NCBI GenBank assembly: GCA_963977445.1 | Contig: CAXBPH010000218.1 | Location: forward strand, 1-11,863 | Source: an uncultured bacterium | GTDB taxonomy: Bacteria > Hydrogenedentota > Hydrogenedentia > Hydrogenedentales > JAEUWI01 | Length of the DNA: 11,863 bases | Direction of reading: 5' to 3' | In this document: positions 1 to 5,858 of the stretch, in pieces | How positions within the stretch are numbered: the stretch's first letter is position 1 | How the letters are laid out: each line of letters opens with the position of its first letter | Position numbers and translations under genes: made by a program | The notes under the pieces: model-generated | What the model was told of the DNA's origin: nothing | The model's input: only the letters and a program-made list of their open reading frames with translations | Databases searched by the model: none

Positions 1-48
1 GAAAATGAGGGCTTTAAGATCACGAAGGTCCAAGCGGCCTCTGCCTGA
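1..48 (+). CDS. Probable 3' end of a gene entering from the left edge (...ENEGFKITKVQAASA*), product unknown
   Basis: Frame 1 is open from base 1 to TGA at 46-48 with protein-like composition, and stops 9 bp before the convergent stop at 58. Too short to assign a family. Confidence 0.45.
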   Translation, partial: ENEGFKITKVQAASA

Positions 49-57
49 AACGGGTAA

Positions 58-1131
58 TCAGTCCGTAAATAGCTCTAGAATCTCCGGTTCGCGGGGCGGT
101 ATAAAGATGGGGTAGAGGTCCACCAGAACCTCTACGTCTATTGCCGCGTACTGTATTTGATCGGGGGCAAGGGGGCGAAGTGTCCAATCGGAAGTCTGAT
201 TGGTCTTGTCCAGGTATATCCCCAATTCCCGTTCGCAGACATCTCCCAGTTTGTGACTCAGGCCCACACTCTTCTTATGCTTTCTCCGCGACCAATGTAG
301 CGTATCGAATACATTGTGAATCTTGATACCATGTTTGCCGAGCATCTGCTCTTCAAAGAAGGCATTGTGAATGACCTTTTCAATCTGGTCATTCTCCATG
401 ATGGCCTTTACGGGCGCGAGATCGTCCATGGCCAGGGCGTCAATAATCCACGAGAAACCCTTTATCCCCAGCTGAATCGTGCAAAGCTTCCGAGGCTCTT
501 CCAAGGTGGTTTCCACGTCAAGGGCAACCATGGGTTCGCTGGCAATCTTGCTGCAAACCCGGGCCATTTCTTCGTAGGTGTCAATCCATGTGATGGGAAA
601 CCGGGGCTCATAGATACCCGCCCGTCGAATGGCCACCACAAGGGCGTTGTCTTCCGAATCCACTTCGAGAAGTCGGACCTCGCGCACATCACAGTTTGAC
701 GCCAGCGATGCGAAATAGGATCGGGCCCCCTCGGGACCCTGTGAGGGGTCGTCGACGCACTTATTCCAATGTCTGCTCGCGATAAGCAAGGTGCCGCCGG
801 GGCGCACGTTGTTGAAGGCCTTTTCAAAGGCCTGTCTACGTCCATCGTCGGTCTTGAGGCGGGTCATGAGGTATATCATCAATACCATGTCGAACTGTTG
901 TTCGGGCCACTCGCTAAACCCGTAGGGGACATGGGGGTCGTAACCGGTCGCGTTGAATTTGCGGCGTTTCAGCCAATTCAGGTCGATTCCACGTCCGCAC
1001 CCGAAACAAAGTATCTCCTGCTTCGGGTGGAGATGAAGGGTTTCAACGAGGCGTTGGAGTATGGGGGCCGCTTCGGTGCGGTTACGCACGCGGCGCTGTG
1101 GTTCGTTATCGGGGGATAGGGTGTTGCTCAT
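58..1131 (-). CDS. Fusion protein (357 aa): N-terminal class I SAM-methyltransferase-like domain plus C-terminal DEDDy 3'-5' exonuclease (RNase D/PolA-exo type, no HRDC domain)
   Basis: N-terminal half: LCFGCGRG (motif I-like), GYDP, FDMVL and VRPGGTLLI. C-terminal half: Exo I ALDVET (D205/E207), Exo II VIHNAFFE, VFDTL, QTSDWTLRPL and Exo III YAAID, all typical of the RNase D/WRN-like exonuclease family. Confidence 0.88.
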   Translation of the reverse strand: MSNTLSPDNEPQRRVRNRTEAAPILQRLVETLHLHPKQEILCFGCGRGIDLNWLKRRKFNATGYDPHVPYGFSEWPEQQFDMVLMIYLMTRLKTDDGRRQAFEKAFNNVRPGGTLLIASRHWNKCVDDPSQGPEGARSYFASLASNCDVREVRLLEVDSEDNALVVAIRRAGIYEPRFPITWIDTYEEMARVCSKIASEPMVALDVETTLEEPRKLCTIQLGIKGFSWIIDALAMDDLAPVKAIMENDQIEKVIHNAFFEEQMLGKHGIKIHNVFDTLHWSRRKHKKSVGLSHKLGDVCERELGIYLDKTNQTSDWTLRPLAPDQIQYAAIDVEVLVDLYPIFIPPREPEILELFTD

Positions 1132-1169
1132 GCTATACGATAGGGCTTGTCAGGTTCAGGGGACGGCAA

Positions 1170-4067
1170 TCAACGTACGGAAATCTGGTAGCGAAGCTTA
1201 CGAAAGGCCTGGCCTTCCTGAGATTTCGGATCTTTTCCATGGCATAGAATTTCATAGGTTCCACTCTTATCGAAGGCATGGGAAAATTCTGGAAGCCTTC
1301 CAACGATGGTCCCATTTATCGACCATTCGATGGTATTAAATGCGCCAAAATTCTCAGAGGTACTAAAGCGTACCGCGGTGTTTACGGTCGTTTCAACAGG
1401 CACCGGCGCTTCATCTGCCACAGTATACGTGCCATTCCACGCTGCCTTCAATTGGTCACCTGAAAATTCCTCTAAACTGAGGGAAAAGGTGCCTGCCTTT
1501 TCGGCGACCAGCGCCAGGGTGGCTTTGCCGATACCTTCTTGGACAATTTTGCCGTCCCGTTTCCATACGAATCGACGTCCTGCCTGCGTCTGCAGGGGAA
1601 TCTGTATATATTGGCCTGTCGTGAAGTTGCTGGAAAAGTCTATCTCGATGCGCTCGATCACGTTGGAACCGGTGGTAATCGTCGGGTTGGGCGGTGTCGC
1701 ACCCATCTGGAAGGACAAACGGAGTTCTATGGTCTCTGCCTGCCCCACAATCTGGAGAACATAGTCTCCCGGTTGGATCTTGTCGGCCACCGGGGAAATT
1801 CGCACGGTACCGGCGGGGGCGGAGAGCCCCTCAATGATAAACATGGGGGCGACCGTCCCGTGATCGACAAAGCGATAGCCTTTGACTACGTCGGAAGTGG
1901 CGGGCTTGCCGTTACGCTTGACCGCAACCGTGGCGACATCATCGAGGGACCGAAAAACGACCGTGGTGGGTTCTACGGTGAGGCCAACTACAGGGAGGAC
2001 TTCCACAGGCCGCTCCATGGTGGGGACAGTACCCGACGTGACCGGCGATCCCTCTTTCTTCATGGCCGAAGCTTCACGCCGGGCCAACGCTTCACGAGCT
2101 ACCCTGGCAGCGGTGTCGAGGGCATTGCGTGCTTCCTCATGGGCCTGCCGAAAGGTGCTCGCTGCTTCGTCATAGGCGGTATCGGCACCACTAAAGTCTT
2201 CATTCTTGACGGCGTTGCGGGCGGCGGCAAGAGATTCCAGAGCAGATTCATAGCGGGCCGTGGCATACTGGGTGGCCTGGCTTCCCTTGGCTTTCTCTTG
2301 GAGAGCCATGACCTCCTTGTCGCGGACCTTAAGTCCTTCCAGGCGGTCATTCATTGCCCCCGCTGCCTTCCGACCCTTCGTGAACTCGTCATATAGGGAT
2401 TTGGCTTCAAGGAACCCATTCTCCGCACGGGCCCACGCTGCGTCTTCTCGAAGTAGTCGGGCGTTCTCCAATTGCTTCTGTGCCGCGATCAGGGACTCAG
2501 GAGCTTCCGCTTCCCCAAGGGCTTCGCGGGCCGAATCTTCTGCCTGTTCTGCGGATACCTGGGCGTCATTCAGGGCTTGCTCCCACGTGAACTGGGCTGC
2601 CGTAGCGAGTTGTCGGGATTCTTCGATGGACTGAAGCACCGTATCGGCGGCAATTTGCCATTGACTCAGGGGAGTCGCCTCGTCCAGGTTTTTAAAGGCG
2701 TTCCACCCATCCACCGCAGATTTGTGGGCCTCTGGTGCCCACTGGATCGGGGAGCTTTCCGCTTCAAAGGCTTCCCATGCCTCCTGGGTGGCGAAACGCA
2801 ACTGGTCACGCTCGGCCTGATTGGGTGTCGATGGATCCACCGTCACCACGGGCGGCCCTTCGTCGTCGGGTACTACCAGTGTGGGAAGCTCCGGTGGCGA
2901 ATCAGACAGAACCATCCACGTCGCCCATTGCTTCTGCAGCGTCTCCCGAGCCGGTGGATAGAAGGAAACACCTGCAAGCAAAACCAACAGTAGCAAGAGC
3001 ACTACCGTAGTCCAAGCAGCATGCTTCTTTCGCGGACGTGTTGCTTGCCGGAGTGCGGCGGCGAGTTCTTCCGCAGTTTGATAGCGGTCTTCTCGCTGGG
3101 ATTCCAGGCAGCGCATGATTACCCGGTCCAGCGCACGACTCACAGCTTTGTTTAACTTGGATGGGGGATGAATATGACCCACCGGAACTTCGCCGGTAAG
3201 CAGCTGATAGATAATGACCCCGACCGAATAGAGATCGGAACGTTTGTCGACTTCACCGGGACGGATACTTTGCTCGGGCGACTGATAGTAGACGGTCCCC
3301 AACACCATACTTGATTGGGTAAGTTGTCCGGGAGACATCATCTTCGCGAGTCCAAAATCGAGGACCAGAATTCGGCCATTGGGTCGAAGCATGATATTCA
3401 GTGGCTTGAGGTCCCGATGCACCAGAGAGGTATGGGCATAACTGAGGACGTCCAGCAACTGGAGAATGATGTCCACCGTTTCTTCTACGGTGAGTCGACC
3501 GCCCCTGCGGATCAATAACTCACTCAGGGTGGTGCCTTCGACATATTCCATAGAAAAGAAGCAACTGCCCGTGCGGCTATCGCGACCATAATCAAATACA
3601 CGAATGATACCCGGGTGTGCGAGGCGTTGGAGGGCTTTGATTTCCAGGATAAATCGATTCTGGGCTTCTTTGCTCGCGAGAAGGCCCGGCAACATGGTCT
3701 TCAAGGCCTTCTGGTCATTCAGGCGAAGGTCATTTGCAAGATAGACCGCGCCCATACCCCCGGCACCCAACTGTTTCACCAACTGGAATCGCTCATTGAT
3801 CATGGTGCCGGGTGAATACATGGGCGCTTCGTGGGCCGCTTGGAGGTCATTGAGAAAGGAGCTTTCACCCAGTATGGTGGACGCATTCTTTATATTGGCT
3901 TTGAGATGGTGGCCCTGGGGCAAGCGACGGGTGTCGCCGGGATCGAGGAGTGGTTCTGCGTGTTCCATGTCGCCCATGATACTGTCCAGCTGGGCTTCGG
4001 AATCTTCAAAGGGGTTTTCGCCCGGTCGGGGTGGTCGTGACTTTGGCGGTTCTTTCATCTCTTCCAT
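1170..4067 (-). CDS. Transmembrane Hanks-type Ser/Thr protein kinase (965 aa) with a large extracytoplasmic region (helical repeats plus Ig/PKD-like beta domains)
   Basis: Complete kinase motif set: LGAGGMGAVY, KALK, MEYVEG, HRDLKPLN (D219), DFG (D237), GTVYYQSPEQ, SDLYSVG. A basic patch RPRKKH is followed by a hydrophobic helix (WTTVVLLLLLVLLAGVSFY). Purine-rich GGAACGGGGA lies directly upstream of the ATG. Confidence 0.95.
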   Translation of the reverse strand: MEEMKEPPKSRPPRPGENPFEDSEAQLDSIMGDMEHAEPLLDPGDTRRLPQGHHLKANIKNASTILGESSFLNDLQAAHEAPMYSPGTMINERFQLVKQLGAGGMGAVYLANDLRLNDQKALKTMLPGLLASKEAQNRFILEIKALQRLAHPGIIRVFDYGRDSRTGSCFFSMEYVEGTTLSELLIRRGGRLTVEETVDIILQLLDVLSYAHTSLVHRDLKPLNIMLRPNGRILVLDFGLAKMMSPGQLTQSSMVLGTVYYQSPEQSIRPGEVDKRSDLYSVGVIIYQLLTGEVPVGHIHPPSKLNKAVSRALDRVIMRCLESQREDRYQTAEELAAALRQATRPRKKHAAWTTVVLLLLLVLLAGVSFYPPARETLQKQWATWMVLSDSPPELPTLVVPDDEGPPVVTVDPSTPNQAERDQLRFATQEAWEAFEAESSPIQWAPEAHKSAVDGWNAFKNLDEATPLSQWQIAADTVLQSIEESRQLATAAQFTWEQALNDAQVSAEQAEDSAREALGEAEAPESLIAAQKQLENARLLREDAAWARAENGFLEAKSLYDEFTKGRKAAGAMNDRLEGLKVRDKEVMALQEKAKGSQATQYATARYESALESLAAARNAVKNEDFSGADTAYDEAASTFRQAHEEARNALDTAARVAREALARREASAMKKEGSPVTSGTVPTMERPVEVLPVVGLTVEPTTVVFRSLDDVATVAVKRNGKPATSDVVKGYRFVDHGTVAPMFIIEGLSAPAGTVRISPVADKIQPGDYVLQIVGQAETIELRLSFQMGATPPNPTITTGSNVIERIEIDFSSNFTTGQYIQIPLQTQAGRRFVWKRDGKIVQEGIGKATLALVAEKAGTFSLSLEEFSGDQLKAAWNGTYTVADEAPVPVETTVNTAVRFSTSENFGAFNTIEWSINGTIVGRLPEFSHAFDKSGTYEILCHGKDPKSQEGQAFRKLRYQISVR

Positions 4068-4097
4068 TCCCCGTTCCAGTAACGTTTCCGCCCTTCG

Positions 4098-5282
4098 TCA
4101 GCCATAGAGCCACCACAATACAGCACCAAAAAGGGATGCGAGCAAAGCAGCCACAAGTAACTTCTTGTACCCCGATTTTTCCGCACGAAGCAACGCCCCT
4201 TTCACTTCCTGTGCCGTCTGATAGCGGCGTTCGGGGCGGGTTTCGAGGCAGCCCATGACAACGCGGCCCAGACGTTTCGGAATAGCGCGATTTACCCGTG
4301 AAGGGGATGGTACATCGCCAATGGGTACCACCCCGGTCAGCATCTGATAGAGGAGTACCCCCACCGCATAGATATCCACCTGTGGCGTAGTAATTTCCGG
4401 GTCTACGCTCTGCTCCGGGGCCTGATAGTGAATGGAACCCAGATTTCTCTTGCGATTACTCATTTTGGATAGGGTGTCATGGGAGATTCCGAAATTGAGC
4501 AGGACAATTTTGCCCGTAGGACGGATCATGACGTTCAGGGGCTTCAGGTTCTTGTAGACGCAATGTTTGTGGGCGTAAATCAAGGTGTCGAGAATCTGAT
4601 GTATGATGGAGAGACTTCGATCAAGGGGAAGCCGTCCGCCTTTCTTCTTGAGGATATCGGCGAGGGTCGCGCCTTTTACATATTCCATGGTGAAATAAGT
4701 CAACTCACCGTGATCGGTTTTCCCGAGGTCATAGACGCGAACAATGTGCTCGTGGGATAGGCGCTGCAGCCCCTTCACTTCACTGACGAACCGGCCTTCC
4801 GCCTCTGGACTGGCCATGAGCTCGGAGTGCATGAGCTTGAGTGCTTTGTTGTCTTTCAGGCGGAGATCGTCGACACGATAGACCGTACCCAAGGCACCCA
4901 CGCCAATGACGTCGCGGATTTCGAAGCGCTCGTTAAGGACTTCACCGACTTCTGGAACGTAATTGTTCCACTCCCGGGTGATGAAGAGTTCCCGGGGGGT
5001 GGACATATTGACGTCGGCCTCATCGAACACCGTGGGCGGTTCGAAGGCACTCCCCATCGCCCCACTGGGCAGGCTCAAGTCGAGGGCCGCCTCATCTTCC
5101 AGGCCGAGAGAGGCCTCCTGATCGGCTGATGGGGGCGGTGTCGACCGGGTGTCTTTGGGTACACCACGATGTTTCTGGTTGGCCCAGGGGTCGAAAGAAT
5201 CCATATTCGAATCGAATGCACTGATCTCGGGTGTATTCGGTTCCTCAACACCTTCTGGCTTGTCTGTGTCATCTTTTTTCAT
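4098..5282 (-). CDS. Hanks-type Ser/Thr kinase-like protein (394 aa), predicted pseudokinase, with C-terminal membrane anchor
   Basis: Kinase-fold motifs IGVGALGTVY, KALK, MEYVKG, YQAPEQ and DIYAVG are present, but the catalytic loop reads YKNLKPLN and the Mg-binding loop reads NFG. The protein ends in KKLLVAALLASLFGAVLWWLYG*. The N-terminal ~100 aa are acidic and Pro-rich, probably disordered. Confidence 0.93.
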   Translation of the reverse strand: MKKDDTDKPEGVEEPNTPEISAFDSNMDSFDPWANQKHRGVPKDTRSTPPPSADQEASLGLEDEAALDLSLPSGAMGSAFEPPTVFDEADVNMSTPRELFITREWNNYVPEVGEVLNERFEIRDVIGVGALGTVYRVDDLRLKDNKALKLMHSELMASPEAEGRFVSEVKGLQRLSHEHIVRVYDLGKTDHGELTYFTMEYVKGATLADILKKKGGRLPLDRSLSIIHQILDTLIYAHKHCVYKNLKPLNVMIRPTGKIVLLNFGISHDTLSKMSNRKRNLGSIHYQAPEQSVDPEITTPQVDIYAVGVLLYQMLTGVVPIGDVPSPSRVNRAIPKRLGRVVMGCLETRPERRYQTAQEVKGALLRAEKSGYKKLLVAALLASLFGAVLWWLYG

Positions 5283-5336
5283 GCAGCAACCCGGTCTACA
5301 TACAAGTGGGGCGGTCTGTCGCCGATGTACACCAAC

Positions 5337-5365
5337 ATCATAGCGCAGATAGACAGGTATTAGAA
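5337..5365 (-). promoter_or_regulatory. Possible sigma70-type promoter for the pseudokinase/kinase unit
   Basis: Minus strand TTCTAA (5365-5360), 17-nt spacer, TATGAT (5342-5337), 54 nt upstream of the ATG at 5282. The -10 is a good match and the -35 is weak. Confidence 0.3.
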
Positions 5366-5593
5366 AGTGTAGTTTGGGAGTCTGACCTCTGGCCGTCCTG
5401 GCTGCATAGCGATTCCTTCAAAGCACCTTCGCCGCTTCTCCCGCCGTGCGTATTGAGATGGGCAACGAGATAGACAATTTCGGTGCGAACTACGTATAGT
5501 TGCGTGGGTGCGCGGACCTGTTTGTCTTTACAACGAATAGCGCATGTATTGCTGTGTAGTAACAATCGACGCTGGTCACAGGGAGCGGACTTT

Positions 5594-5848
5594 ATGATTG
5601 GTGAGGAAGTCGTTGTTGGATTTTTCCTGTGGGTGGGCCGGGGGATTCTTGAAGTTTTCTACTGGATCTACGACCTGTCGTTTTTGCCCCGTATCATCTC
5701 CTTCCCAGGCACCCTCATCCTCACGTGCATTTTCGGAGCGGACCGCAGGAATGAAAATTCTCCCGACGTCAAAGAATATGTGGTGGGGGCCATTTTCTGG
5801 CTGGCGGTACTGTTCTTGATCTATCTGTATTTCCGCCCAACGCTGTAG
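5594..5848 (+). CDS. Small hypothetical membrane protein (84 aa)
   Basis: ATG at 5594 is preceded by an SD-like AGGGAG. The product has two or three hydrophobic segments (e.g. YVVGAIFWLAVLFLIYLYF) and fills the gap up to the convergent stop at 5859. The ORF-track start at 5483 is probably too long. Confidence 0.65.
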   Translation: MIGEEVVVGFFLWVGRGILEVFYWIYDLSFLPRIISFPGTLILTCIFGADRRNENSPDVKEYVVGAIFWLAVLFLIYLYFRPTL

Positions 5849-5858
5849 CCGCCACGCC

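Noticed and set aside
58..600. Assigning rnd or polA to the exonuclease
   Set aside because: No HRDC or polymerase domain is present, and the N-terminal fusion is atypical.
1539..2993. Long plus-strand ORFs (1539-2396, 2472-2993 and others) opposite the kinase
   Set aside because: Antisense shadows of a GC-rich gene with no recognisable motifs. The same applies to 6252-6947 and 10436-11098.
4098..5282. Calling the pseudokinase a pseudogene
   Set aside because: The ORF is uninterrupted, structural motifs and TM anchor are intact, and the changes are concentrated on catalytic residues.
5498..5511. Small inverted repeat AACTA-CGTA-TAGTT in the divergent intergenic region
   Set aside because: The arms are only 5 bp, which is insufficient to call an operator or terminator.
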